From: Candidatus Bathyarchaeia archaeon
GTDB taxonomy: Archaea > Thermoproteota > Bathyarchaeia > 40CM-2-53-6
NCBI GenBank assembly: GCA_049513715.1
Contig: JBEKVV010000001.1
Location: 704,001-768,000, forward strand
Direction of reading: 5' to 3'
Length of the DNA: 64,000 nucleotides
Below, piece after piece: positions 7,961-17,644 of the stretch; positions within the stretch are counted from its first letter, which is position 1, and each line of letters opens with the position of its first letter. The notes below the pieces were generated by a model. That model made no database searches and was not told where the DNA came from. It was given only the letters and a program-made list of their open reading frames with translations. A program made the position numbers and the translations under genes.

Positions 7961-10114
7961 TCATTTCGTGAGAGCCAAGTATCTTGATTCATCGAATAGC
8001 CATCGTCCATCGTCACTAAACAGATGCCAAGGTGTTGATTCGTCGGGGTCCACAGGCAACCATCTGGCCACTACCCACTCGCCAACGGAGTTCATAGACT
8101 CCGGCTGAGCAAGGCCAGCCCTAACGAGTCTGTCATCAATAGCCTTGAAGAACTGTCGCACTTCCCCATTCGGGCACCAGACGATCGCAAAGAGTCCTTC
8201 AAAATCACCCGTGACTAATCCCCCTCTCCAAGCAGGTAGCAATGACAAAGATTGTGCCAAGGTGCCTGCAACTTGCTTAGAGCAAGTCAATCCAATCATC
8301 CCCCAATCCTCTGCGCCAATTTTGAGTGGCCAAAGAGCATATTTGAATGCCATCTCTCGCAGCATTTTCGACACCTTCTTTCCTATGTATGCGCCGGACA
8401 CATTCAGGGACCGGCCTAGCGCGGAGAATGGCGATCTACAATCGAGTTGGAGATTCAACAATATGTTGAGGTCAAGTTTGTCTAGTTGAATATTCCGTTC
8501 CTGCCTTGCATAGTCCAGGCTACTCGAAGATCCCTTCGCGAGGTTCTCCCGAAGGCCGATTCCCCACGTGTCCCAGTGAACATCCCAACTTGCGCGTTCG
8601 ACGTTATAATTGTCAAAGTTGACTGCTTGAAGATCGCGTTGAAGCTCAAGGATTTTGTATCGAGTTATGACTCTGGTGCCCACCATAGCTTCCATGAACT
8701 CCCTTGTGAAGGCCCTATGTTCGACGGGTATGTCCAGAACTGTGAACAAATCGAATGATCCGTAGGTACGAAATACCTGCCTGCAATAAGGAAATCTCGA
8801 AAGTACACGTATTACATCCGCTTGTTTCGCAGCATTGATGAGGATCAGGTTCTCGATCAAACCCAGTCTCTGCATGTCAACGATAACATTGAACCGCAAT
8901 CCGGCTTTTTTCGACAAGTCCCTTATAGCCTTCATCGCGGTAGGCACACTGACCTTCAACAACCCTGCAGCCTCGCCTGCTTTTACGTCTGGTCGTTTTG
9001 AAAGCAAAACCAGCAGTTCTTTTTCCTGTCGACTAAATTTGGGATTTGTAGGACGAGACGCCAGAGTGTTGAATATGGTGTAGTAATCCGAGACTGTCAG
9101 GCGAATCTCGCCAAATTCATTGAGTCTTGACCAGAGTTCACGGTATAGTGAATCCCCGACCATCATCTCGTAGAAGTGGAAGAAGTCAATCAGCTCATGC
9201 CCGAATACTCTTGTTTGTTTTCTAAGACCGTGTCTTGCTTCTGACCACAATTCTCTATCATTCTTGCGTTCGAACAGTTTGGATGCTAGGTATTCTGCCT
9301 GTTCGCAAAGAACTCTAGGGGCGTTTTCCATCGTTTCGAGATTTCTTGGTGAAAGCAGAATCGCAGCTTCTCGTGCAAGAACTCCTTTCCGCAGGACATC
9401 AAAAAACAACATAGGCGGATTAATGTTCAAGATTCCAATTTTGGGAAACCATTGACTTCCCCATCGCCACGTATCCTCATCCTCTGCAATGTTTGGTGGG
9501 AAGAAGGAAGTAAGCGAGAGCGTTTTCTGGTAGCGCTCGCTTTCCTGCCATGAGAGCCCGATTATGTTTTCGAGTTGTCTAAAGAATGACTTGAATTCCT
9601 GCCTAGCAAGGCTCAATTTGCTGGTGTATTCTGAGCCAAGGTCGATTCTGTCAGTTACGTGGCGCTTCATTGCAGCATTGACCGAGCCCAAGGCTTCGTC
9701 TGGAATCTCAGGAGATAGCGTTTGGTGCAGGGTGGTGGCTGATTGTGTCAGATGCGCTGCCTCAGTAATCTGGACGAGCCGCTTGAAAAATTGCTTGCGT
9801 GCAGCCTCGTTCCTGTATTTAGCCGTAATTTTTGAATAAACTTCAGCCACGCTTTTGGCAAGCACACATCGCAGGTAGTCATCTGAAGCTCGTGCGATTG
9901 TATCTTTGCTTATTTGATCCGTGCTCTGAAGGGGTGTTCGAGTCCGTTTATGTGAAGGCCTCTCTAGTAACAGAAATTGAAGGATTTGTTCGGTTTTTTC
10001 GGGGTTTTGTGGGTTGAAGAGGCTTTGTTGCCTCAGTAGCAGGCTCTGTTTCAGCTTGGCTTCGCTGAGCCAAGTGACGGGGAATGAACTGAGCTGGGTG
10101 CTTGCTTTGGCCAT
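7961..10114 (-). CDS. large multidomain regulator: about 350-aa unknown N-terminal region plus tandem wHTH/Lrp-AsnC modules
   Basis: HTH at KAGEAAGLLKVSVPTAMKAIRDL, AsnC-like FRTYGSFDLF, second HTH LDKLDLNILLNLQLDCRSPFSALGRSLNVS. Confidence 0.7.
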   Translation of the reverse strand: MAKASTQLSSFPVTWLSEAKLKQSLLLRQQSLFNPQNPEKTEQILQFLLLERPSHKRTRTPLQSTDQISKDTIARASDDYLRCVLAKSVAEVYSKITAKYRNEAARKQFFKRLVQITEAAHLTQSATTLHQTLSPEIPDEALGSVNAAMKRHVTDRIDLGSEYTSKLSLARQEFKSFFRQLENIIGLSWQESERYQKTLSLTSFFPPNIAEDEDTWRWGSQWFPKIGILNINPPMLFFDVLRKGVLAREAAILLSPRNLETMENAPRVLCEQAEYLASKLFERKNDRELWSEARHGLRKQTRVFGHELIDFFHFYEMMVGDSLYRELWSRLNEFGEIRLTVSDYYTIFNTLASRPTNPKFSRQEKELLVLLSKRPDVKAGEAAGLLKVSVPTAMKAIRDLSKKAGLRFNVIVDMQRLGLIENLILINAAKQADVIRVLSRFPYCRQVFRTYGSFDLFTVLDIPVEHRAFTREFMEAMVGTRVITRYKILELQRDLQAVNFDNYNVERASWDVHWDTWGIGLRENLAKGSSSSLDYARQERNIQLDKLDLNILLNLQLDCRSPFSALGRSLNVSGAYIGKKVSKMLREMAFKYALWPLKIGAEDWGMIGLTCSKQVAGTLAQSLSLLPAWRGGLVTGDFEGLFAIVWCPNGEVRQFFKAIDDRLVRAGLAQPESMNSVGEWVVARWLPVDPDESTPWHLFSDDGRWLFDESRYLALTK

Positions 10115-10344
10115 GGGGAAATTCCTTTTGTTGGTGAGGCCACTTGGGGTCTTCCCGTTTTGCTCTGCTTATTAGGGTAACACTGGTGAAGATATCGCCC
10201 CTACGTGTTGATGCTTAGACATTGTTGCTGGGGTTACATGATTTTTCATGGAAAGGATAGGGAGGGCTGTAGTTTTGGATACCTCACTCCACGTAATGCC
10301 CATCTTACAGTGTTCTTCAACCGTTGCTGAAACACTTGTGACAC

Positions 10345-11388
10345 ATGGAATCAACATGTAAAATTGAGCAACTCCAAGAACTCTGGCCTCAGGTAGGCAG
10401 TCAACCAACTTCAGAAGAAGAACCACCGAAGAAACGTGTATACGTCTACTATTGCGAGGTCTGTAATTCCGTCTTAGCGTTACGGAGCACGCTGGAAAAT
10501 CAATACCGTTTCCTGTACGCCGCTGCTGACGAGTGTCCAGCCTGCCATTTTCGGTTAGAGTCATCACTCAGATGTCGCGCTGTTACAGCCAGGGTACCTA
10601 GCAATTCACTTTCTGAACCAAGAAAGCAAAACGTTTCACTATGTCGCTTCTCCGGTTTGATGGGGAACAAAGCACACTCGTCGTTAAGCTTTGGCGAGAT
10701 TCTCGGTGAGCTGCGCGCGTATTCGCGGCAGCTTACTCTTCTATACGGAGAAAAAGCATGTCAAACGGTCGCCGAGCAACTTTGTGTTCGCTCGCAGTTA
10801 TCACATGACGAGGGCGGTTTAGATGCAACAAGCGTGTTCATTGACGGAGGGAACACTTTCGACCTATACCATGTATCCACCTACGCCAGTATGTTGGAAC
10901 TAAACCGCGATACTATCCTTCGTAGAATCAAAGTATCCCGTGCTTTCACCTGCTATCAACTAGTAAACCTAGTAGTTGAAAAGCTACCTAAACTTCTCCT
11001 CGAAGAAAAAGCTGGTTTGGTAGTTGTCGCAAACCTTCTGGACATGTTCATGGACCCCGAAATCGATTGGGCAGAAGCAAAGCGTACGATCAATTTCCTT
11101 TCAGGGCGCCTAGCTCGGCTTGCTCGCGAAGAAGACATTGTGTTGGTGGTTACGTGCCCGAAACAAAAAGATGACTGCGACGTTGCCCTACGCCAATTCA
11201 TAGTGAGCCGTGCGCATGTTGTGCTAAGAGCTGAGCAGATGGGACGTGAGCCTAGCTTTATACTCGAAAAACATCCTACCCGAGAATGGCCCACAAAAAT
11301 CAGCAATCGTGGCCAGCAGCCCGGTCGATTAAGTGCCGAGGGGGGGCAGACAACATTGCCTGTCCTGTCGGATTATGCGAGCGTCTGA
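10345..11388 (+). CDS. RadA/Rad51-like (aRadC) protein with N-terminal Zn finger and degenerate Walker A
   Basis: CEVC..CPAC; VFIDGGNTFDLY, IKVSRAFTCYQL; no GxxxxGK[ST]. Confidence 0.85.
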   Translation: MESTCKIEQLQELWPQVGSQPTSEEEPPKKRVYVYYCEVCNSVLALRSTLENQYRFLYAAADECPACHFRLESSLRCRAVTARVPSNSLSEPRKQNVSLCRFSGLMGNKAHSSLSFGEILGELRAYSRQLTLLYGEKACQTVAEQLCVRSQLSHDEGGLDATSVFIDGGNTFDLYHVSTYASMLELNRDTILRRIKVSRAFTCYQLVNLVVEKLPKLLLEEKAGLVVVANLLDMFMDPEIDWAEAKRTINFLSGRLARLAREEDIVLVVTCPKQKDDCDVALRQFIVSRAHVVLRAEQMGREPSFILEKHPTREWPTKISNRGQQPGRLSAEGGQTTLPVLSDYASV

Positions 11389-11397
11389 GTAGAACGG

Positions 11398-13647
11398 GTG
11401 GTCATTTTGGAAGGCTGGCTCTTCGACCTCTATCCATCTCCTCAAGGGGGGATGGTTCTTTGGCTCATAACGCGTGAAGGTAAACCCATTCGGTTATGGG
11501 ACTCATGGCGCCCCAGCATTTATGCGTGGGCTAAGACCCCTGAGCACCTTCCTTTCATTCGGAACCCTGCTCTTTCCAATGTCGAGCTGGCTGTTGATTA
11601 CAAGTACATAAGCCCGAGTGATTTCGAGCGCTCTAAGGTTCTGCGTTTAACCTTTCAACGTTCAGGCGATATCTCATCTTTCTTGAGAGAAATTGACCCG
11701 ACAAGGTTGACTGATATCCAGTTATTCAATGCCGATGTCCCAACCCCACAACTGTACCTATACGAAAAGAACCTCTTTCCCTTGGCCTTTGTTCGCGCAC
11801 AAGTTGAAAACAATGGCATAGCGTGGAAGCTGCTTGATGATGCAGACTCATCCCAATATGAAACACCCCCGCTGAAAGGCATGAGCATAACGCTTCATGT
11901 GAAAAAGTTCGGGAAAGTACCCGCGTTCAGTGACCCAATTGAATCAATAACGGTCACCGCATCAAGAACGGTTACAAAAATCGACCACGGGTCCGAGGCT
12001 GACAAATTACTTGACCTCGTAAGATCAGTCAAGGAGATAGACCCTGACGTCATTCTGACGAAAAATGGCGACTCGTTCATTTTTCCTTACTTGGTTCAAC
12101 GAGCGCTACAGAATAATGTGCTACCAGAATTGGTTCTTGATCGTGAAGGTAGGCATTTACGGGCACCTAACAAAGATGGAAAATCATACTTCTCATACGG
12201 ACGAATTTACTATAAACCCACTCCAACCCACCTACTTGGCCGGTTACATCTCGACGAGTACAACGATTTCATTTTCGAGGACTGCGGACTTCATGGACTC
12301 TTTGAGATAGCCCGAACATGCCGTACGCCACTGCACCGCGCTTCACGTGAGACTATTGGCACCAACATGACATCCCTCCAGATGTACCAAGCTTTTCGGC
12401 GTGACATACTAATACCATGGAAGAAGAATGAGCCAGAGAATTTCAAGAGCGCATGGGAGCTGCTCAAGGCAGACCGAGGCGGCTTCATATTGGAGCCCAA
12501 GATCGGCCTTTTTGATAATGTCGGCGAAATTGATTTTGCCTCCCTCTACCCCACTCTGATGATGAAGTATAACCTCACACCAGAATGCGTCTCTTGCCGC
12601 TGCTGTGCGCACACCAAAACCAGCGCACAAGTTCCAGAATTGAACTACAACCTATGCGAAAGGAAGATCGGGATAGTTCCGCACACTTTGCGGATACTCC
12701 TCGACAAACGGGCAAAATACAAGGCGCTAATCAGCAAGACGGATGATCCAAAGTCAAGAGCGGTATATGACCAACGCCAAGCTGCACTGAAATGGGCTCT
12801 GGTTTGTTCCTTTGGATATTTAGGGTACAGGAATGCGCGGTTCGGAAAGATAGACGCGCATATTGGCGTTTGTGCCTTCGCACGCAAAGTTCTCCAGGAC
12901 ACAGTTGAAATCGCCCAGAAACGTGGCTTCTCAATAGTTCACGGAATTGTTGACTCAGCGTGGCTGCGAAAAGAGAACGCTGGTGAGGATGACTATGTTG
13001 GGTTGTGTGAAGTAATTGAGCGGAAGTTGGGTCTTCCCATTTCTTTTGAGGGAATTTACCGCTGGATTGTTTTTCTTCCTTCAAAAGTTCACGCAGAACT
13101 CCCCGTGTTGAACAGGTATTATGGAGTTTTTGAGCGTGGAGGAGTCAAAGTCCGCGGAATAGAATACCGTCGGCGCGACGCACCTACTTTCATAAAGAAC
13201 TGCCAGCTCAATGTGATAAATTACTTAGCGGCCGCGCAAAACCGTGCAGAATTTTTCACACTACTCCCGGGCGTTTTTCAGTTAGTTCGTGATTATGTGC
13301 GAAAGTTGAGCAGTGGACAAGTGAACGTTAAGGACCTGTTGATAACTAAACAGCTTTCCAAGAACCCTTCAGAGTACAAACATAAGGTTGTGCAGGCTAT
13401 CGCTGCGAAACAACTAGTTCATGCGGGAGGGCAGGTCTCTGCGGGACAAACTGTATCGTACATGTTACAGAGTGGTGTGGGACCAGAAAACTCCATACTC
13501 CCGGATGAGTTGATTGACGGCCCTGTTCATTATGATGTGAAAAAATACACCGACTTGATGCTCGACGCCGTCGCTGGACTATTAGGGCCAGTAGGATACG
13601 ACAAAGGATGCTTGAAGCAGCTTACATTGCAGGAAAACCCTAACTAA
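11398..13647 (+). CDS. polB2: family B DNA polymerase, PolB2 subfamily
   Basis: DFASLYPT, RQAALKWALVCSFGYLG, motif C variant HGIVDS, KVRGIEYRRRD; degenerate exonuclease domain. Confidence 0.9.
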   Translation: MVILEGWLFDLYPSPQGGMVLWLITREGKPIRLWDSWRPSIYAWAKTPEHLPFIRNPALSNVELAVDYKYISPSDFERSKVLRLTFQRSGDISSFLREIDPTRLTDIQLFNADVPTPQLYLYEKNLFPLAFVRAQVENNGIAWKLLDDADSSQYETPPLKGMSITLHVKKFGKVPAFSDPIESITVTASRTVTKIDHGSEADKLLDLVRSVKEIDPDVILTKNGDSFIFPYLVQRALQNNVLPELVLDREGRHLRAPNKDGKSYFSYGRIYYKPTPTHLLGRLHLDEYNDFIFEDCGLHGLFEIARTCRTPLHRASRETIGTNMTSLQMYQAFRRDILIPWKKNEPENFKSAWELLKADRGGFILEPKIGLFDNVGEIDFASLYPTLMMKYNLTPECVSCRCCAHTKTSAQVPELNYNLCERKIGIVPHTLRILLDKRAKYKALISKTDDPKSRAVYDQRQAALKWALVCSFGYLGYRNARFGKIDAHIGVCAFARKVLQDTVEIAQKRGFSIVHGIVDSAWLRKENAGEDDYVGLCEVIERKLGLPISFEGIYRWIVFLPSKVHAELPVLNRYYGVFERGGVKVRGIEYRRRDAPTFIKNCQLNVINYLAAAQNRAEFFTLLPGVFQLVRDYVRKLSSGQVNVKDLLITKQLSKNPSEYKHKVVQAIAAKQLVHAGGQVSAGQTVSYMLQSGVGPENSILPDELIDGPVHYDVKKYTDLMLDAVAGLLGPVGYDKGCLKQLTLQENPN

Positions 13648-14260
13648 CGATTTGCTGTACAATCTCCCTATGTTGCCCTTCGTCCAGCGTTCCCCGATCT
13701 AACAGCACGTCAGCGATGCGTCGAATGGTTGTAAACGCGTGAAGCTTCACACCAACCTTCGCTAAATTCGCTTCGCCGCCTTGTTTCCTGTCCAAAAGCA
13801 CGACGGCATGCTCAGCTATACCCCCTTCAGCCCGAATGGCGTCGACGGCCTCGATGACGTTCTTTCCTGTCGTGATCACGTCGTCCAAGACCACAACGCT
13901 CTCCCCCGGCCGCAGCAGGCCTTCAATTCGGCGGCCTCGGCCGTGTTCCTTGGGTTCTCTTCTGACATACAGGAAGGGTTTGCTGAGCTTGAAGGCCAGG
14001 ACGGCAGCATAGGCAATGCCCGCGGTGGGAATCCCAGCCAGACGTTGAGCTCTTCTAAGTGGGCCTGCCTCAAGCAATGAACTGTAGAACCCTATCACCC
14101 TTTTGAACGCCTCCGGGTCGCTTGGAATCAACCTTAGGTCAATATAGTAAGGGCTGAGAATTCCGCTTGTAAGTTTGAATGTTCCAAACCGAAGGCTATC
14201 TGTCTTAAGGAGAATGTCGCAGAGTTCGCCTTCCTCGCGGGCCTTAGTAGAGCGTACCAT
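13640..14260 (-). CDS. pyrE: orotate phosphoribosyltransferase
   Basis: FGTFKLTSGILSPYYIDLR, VVLDDVITTG. Confidence 0.95.
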   Translation of the reverse strand: MVRSTKAREEGELCDILLKTDSLRFGTFKLTSGILSPYYIDLRLIPSDPEAFKRVIGFYSSLLEAGPLRRAQRLAGIPTAGIAYAAVLAFKLSKPFLYVRREPKEHGRGRRIEGLLRPGESVVVLDDVITTGKNVIEAVDAIRAEGGIAEHAVVLLDRKQGGEANLAKVGVKLHAFTTIRRIADVLLDRGTLDEGQHREIVQQIVS

Positions 14261-14414
14261 TTGTGGTCGATATCTCTTAGGGGGGTCAGGTGGTTTATTC
14301 TTTTGCAATCAACAGATGGTTAGTCGCTCTGATGGATGCGAGGCCAGACTAAGCTTTAACACAAATACAACAGTCACACTTGAAGCATACAGATCCTGTT
14401 GGAGGAGGCTAGTC

Positions 14415-15626
14415 CTGGTAGAGATTTGGTTGCCCTACGGGTCTTCGGAAATCCCTGCCCGCATTCCCGAAGAAAGACTAGTTGACATCATCAGGCCGCA
14501 TAAGACGAATCAGATTCAAAACTTACAGGAAGAGGTCAAACGACTGATCGAAGCCAACCTTGAGCTGAGAGAGAAGGCCACTAAGGCAGGAAAGATATGC
14601 ATCGCCTTAGGCGCAAGCTCGAACACGCAGGCACTGTGGGATTCAGCAACGAGTTTGGCTCAAGCACTAGTTGACACAGGTGTTTCTTCCACATCTTTCA
14701 CAATGCTTTGCACGCCCGATTCCGGAAAATACGACGCAACCAACTTCCCGGACATCAAGCTTGACTACCATGACCCCACATCTTCCGCGACCAGTTCACT
14801 TGATGGTTTCGAAAGTGATTTCTCGCCAGAAGTCAACACGGCGTTTATGGGAGCGGACTTGAAGATAGTCGTTGGGGAACTCAAACCTCACCATTTCTTT
14901 GGATGCGCCGGCATTTCGGACGTAATATTTCCCGGTTTGAGTTCTGCGGCCTCAGCGCAGGCGCAATTGTCAAACCGGAAGGGTTTGGGGGTTGCGGATA
15001 TCATGAAGGAACGCTTGCGTATCACGAACGCTGTGGAGGATCTCTATGCGCTTGGTTACGTGCTCAATTCAGAACTCGCACCGGCAAAAGTCTCACTTGG
15101 AAATATGAATAGTTGCATGAAGGAATTGAAACCGACACTAGATGATGTCTGTTCATGGGAGATCAAGAAATTCGCCGATATCGCCGTCATCAGTGCCGGG
15201 GGAATGCCTACGGACGAATCTTTACTTCGAGCAGTTGAAACGTTTCCATCAGGACTTGGCATTTTGAAGAGAGATGGCGCGATGATTGTTGCAGCTGAAT
15301 GTACGGGAGGTCATGGTGGTGGAGATTTCTATGGATGGTGCACTGAACGGAAGGAGCCTAGGCACCTTGAAGCCAGGCTGAGACATAACTTCAACTACGA
15401 GGGGTTCAAGGCTGCGTTCTTGATGCGAGCCTTGGAGAACCACAGAATATACTTGGTTTCGACTGTTCCTGATCATTATGTTGAGAACGTATTTGGTATG
15501 AGGGCGGCGCAGACGGTGAATGCTGCGTTGCAGACCCTTCAACGCTCACTTGGGTCTGATTCCACGATATCTGTGATTCCGGATGCTAGCAGAGTTATAC
15601 CAAAGCGCACTCAAACGGACGCCTGA
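14415..15626 (+). CDS. LarA (lactate racemase) superfamily protein, divergent; probable CTG start
   Basis: GGAGG then CTG GTA GAG ATT TGG TTG CCC TAC GGG (MVEIWLPYG); ADLKIVVGELKPHHFFG, SAGGMPTD, IVAAECTGGHG. Confidence 0.8.
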   Translation: MVEIWLPYGSSEIPARIPEERLVDIIRPHKTNQIQNLQEEVKRLIEANLELREKATKAGKICIALGASSNTQALWDSATSLAQALVDTGVSSTSFTMLCTPDSGKYDATNFPDIKLDYHDPTSSATSSLDGFESDFSPEVNTAFMGADLKIVVGELKPHHFFGCAGISDVIFPGLSSAASAQAQLSNRKGLGVADIMKERLRITNAVEDLYALGYVLNSELAPAKVSLGNMNSCMKELKPTLDDVCSWEIKKFADIAVISAGGMPTDESLLRAVETFPSGLGILKRDGAMIVAAECTGGHGGGDFYGWCTERKEPRHLEARLRHNFNYEGFKAAFLMRALENHRIYLVSTVPDHYVENVFGMRAAQTVNAALQTLQRSLGSDSTISVIPDASRVIPKRTQTDA

Positions 15627-15685
15627 CCGTCGGTTCAAGAAATGTCCTTAAACGATGCTTGTGCATTAGCGGCGGATGGTCAAAA

Positions 15686-16261
15686 TTGCTGGGCAAACTC
15701 AGAGCAAGATACGAAGCAGCCATGCAACCAATCGGCAACCAACTTGGGAGACTAGGCGCTCGGCCGAACATGATAACCACTCTGAGTCTCGCGGTCTCAA
15801 TAGGAGCAGGGATAGCTTACGCACTTATGTTGCCGGTTTTTGGCGCGGTCGGGTTGCTTGCGTCTGGTTTCGTGGATATGTTGGATGGCGCAGTTGCACG
15901 GGCAACTGGTTCTGCAACCAGATTCGGCGCTGTGTATGACCATGTTCTCGACCGGTACGCTGAGTTCGCAGTACTGTTGGGGATTGGGTTTGGGGGGCTG
16001 GTGAATTGGGTTTGGGTGATTTTCTGCTTATTTGGGATGGTGATGGCAAGTTTCACGCGTGCGAAGGCAGAATCAGTCGGAGGACTATCGAGTTGTGCGG
16101 TTGGAATTGCCGAACGACAAGAGAAGATTGTTATTCTATTTATCGGCTCGGTTCTCCAACCGATATTGCCTGTTGCATTAATCGCAGCAGTCATCATTGT
16201 GGGTTTGTTGTCACACATCACGGTCGTGCAGCGACTCTTCTACACGTTCAAACATGCTTGA
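15686..16261 (+). CDS. CDP-alcohol phosphatidyltransferase (archaetidylinositol phosphate synthase-like)
   Basis: PNMIT; DMLDGAVARATG..TRFGAVYDHVLDR. Confidence 0.92.
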   Translation: MLGKLRARYEAAMQPIGNQLGRLGARPNMITTLSLAVSIGAGIAYALMLPVFGAVGLLASGFVDMLDGAVARATGSATRFGAVYDHVLDRYAEFAVLLGIGFGGLVNWVWVIFCLFGMVMASFTRAKAESVGGLSSCAVGIAERQEKIVILFIGSVLQPILPVALIAAVIIVGLLSHITVVQRLFYTFKHA

Positions 16262-16270
16262 GGTTTTACG

Positions 16271-17203
16271 TTGACTTTTGACCTTGTCGGTATCGGGAAC
16301 CCAGTCTACGACACTATCATAACTCCGTGGAACAGAACTGAAGGCCGTGTTCTATCAGGATGCAGCACTAACGCCTGCTTGGCCGCTAGAAAACTCGGCA
16401 TGAACAAAGTGGGGCTTGTGGGAACCGTAGGCTCCGATTACGCGGAAAGATTCGAACAGGACATGAAGAACTACGGTATCGACGCATTCATTGACAAGTC
16501 GGGGAAAGAAACTGGTGGATTTCGCTTGGTGTATGACGAGAAAGGAAACCGGACCCTTGACGTTTTGGGCGTTGCGAGCAAGATCACAACCGAGACCTTT
16601 CCCGATGCATTCCTGAATAGTAAGTTTTTTCTGATAGGACCGATTCTCGGCGAAGTTGACGTAGAGCTGGTGGAGCTTATACATTCCTCCTCATCGGGGA
16701 GGATTTTCCTGGACCCACAAGGCTTGATCAGAATAATCGGAAACGATAGGAGAATTATTCACAAATGCAATTGGAACGAGTTTGCAAAGATCGCGAGGCT
16801 GGTTGATTTCATAAAGCCAAATGAACAGGAGAGTGAAACCATCACGGGCGAAACCGACCACGAAATAGCATTGCGGCAACTCGGAAAGCTAGGCAAGGGC
16901 CTCCCGATTGTGACACTCGCCGATCGAGGTTCAATAGTGCTTGAAGATAACAGAATTCATAGCATACCTGCGTTCGCAACACAAGCCGTGGACCCGACGG
17001 GGGCAGGCGATGTTTATGGAGGGTCCTTCATAACTGAATACCAGCGCACAGGTAGCATCATTGAGTCTGCACTTTATGCGTCCGCAGCGGCCTCGCTAAA
17101 GGTCGAGCAGGTTGGCCCGGATTTTCTCCTCGCGGAGGAGAATGTGCGAAAAAGGAAGGAAACGCTCCGTGACAAGGTCGTCACGGAACACGCCGATCTA
17201 TAG
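16271..17203 (+). CDS. PfkB family carbohydrate kinase
   Basis: IKPNEQE, VDPTGAGDVYGG. Confidence 0.92.
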   Translation: MTFDLVGIGNPVYDTIITPWNRTEGRVLSGCSTNACLAARKLGMNKVGLVGTVGSDYAERFEQDMKNYGIDAFIDKSGKETGGFRLVYDEKGNRTLDVLGVASKITTETFPDAFLNSKFFLIGPILGEVDVELVELIHSSSSGRIFLDPQGLIRIIGNDRRIIHKCNWNEFAKIARLVDFIKPNEQESETITGETDHEIALRQLGKLGKGLPIVTLADRGSIVLEDNRIHSIPAFATQAVDPTGAGDVYGGSFITEYQRTGSIIESALYASAAASLKVEQVGPDFLLAEENVRKRKETLRDKVVTEHADL

Positions 17204-17318
17204 GCATCCTACCCCGTGGGTTTTGAAAGGTTTCCGGGTTTAGCGCGGAGTTCGATATTCCTTTTGAGGCGGGGTTGAGGGAGGACCTCTCGAGCTGTTC
17301 AGAGCTGTTGTATGCCAA

Positions 17319-17450
17319 ATGTGCGCCTTGCCAGGATGCGAGTTTCCGCCCCGGTTGCGTTTGCGTTGGTGTCTTCAACATGAACGGGAGCATGAGAAGG
17401 AAGGTGCGAGGCTTCGGCAACGCAGGCGACGGAATCACGTTGACAGGTAG
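17319..17450 (+). CDS. candidate Cys/His zinc-finger microprotein (43 aa; alternative CTG start at 17295)
   Basis: Manual translation MCALPGCEFPPRLRLRWCLQHEREHEKEGARLRQRRRRNHVDR; GGAGG upstream. Confidence 0.45.
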   Translation: MCALPGCEFPPRLRLRWCLQHEREHEKEGARLRQRRRRNHVDR

Positions 17451-17451
17451 A

Positions 17452-17608
17452 GGTGTATACACACAACGTTTGGGTGTATACACCCGCGGATGAAAATGCA
17501 TACACCCAATCATCAGGTGTAAGCAATCTTGCGAACTTCACCCTCGGGTGGCCGCCACCCTGACAAGGAAGGGACGTGATGTCACCTCACCCCGGGGTGG
17601 AGTCACCC
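17452..17608. repeat. array of GGGTG/CACCC palindromic sites
   Basis: GGTGTATACAC 17452-62, perfect GGGTGTATACACCC 17472-85, TGCATACACCC 17497-507, CACCC-N2-GGGTG at 17539-50 and 17588-99, each followed by another CACCC. Confidence 0.75.
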
Positions 17609-17644
17609 TATCCGGGCCGCAACTATTAGAAACCTTCAGGAACC

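Noticed and set aside
10241..10258. TTTCATGGAAA mini-ORB-like motif upstream of radC-polB2
   Set aside because: A single weak match with no G-string and no nearby cdc6/orc1
14175..14414. 80-aa N-terminal extension of the LarA-like ORF
   Set aside because: Overlaps the divergent pyrE start and promoter; family similarity begins at the CTG
17452..17608. CRISPR array
   Set aside because: Repeats are short and irregular, spacers are not CRISPR-sized, and there are no cas genes in the window
17204..17644. RNase P RNA, SRP RNA or riboswitch in the GC-rich gap
   Set aside because: No P4 consensus, SRP helix-8 motif or TPP core was found on either strand
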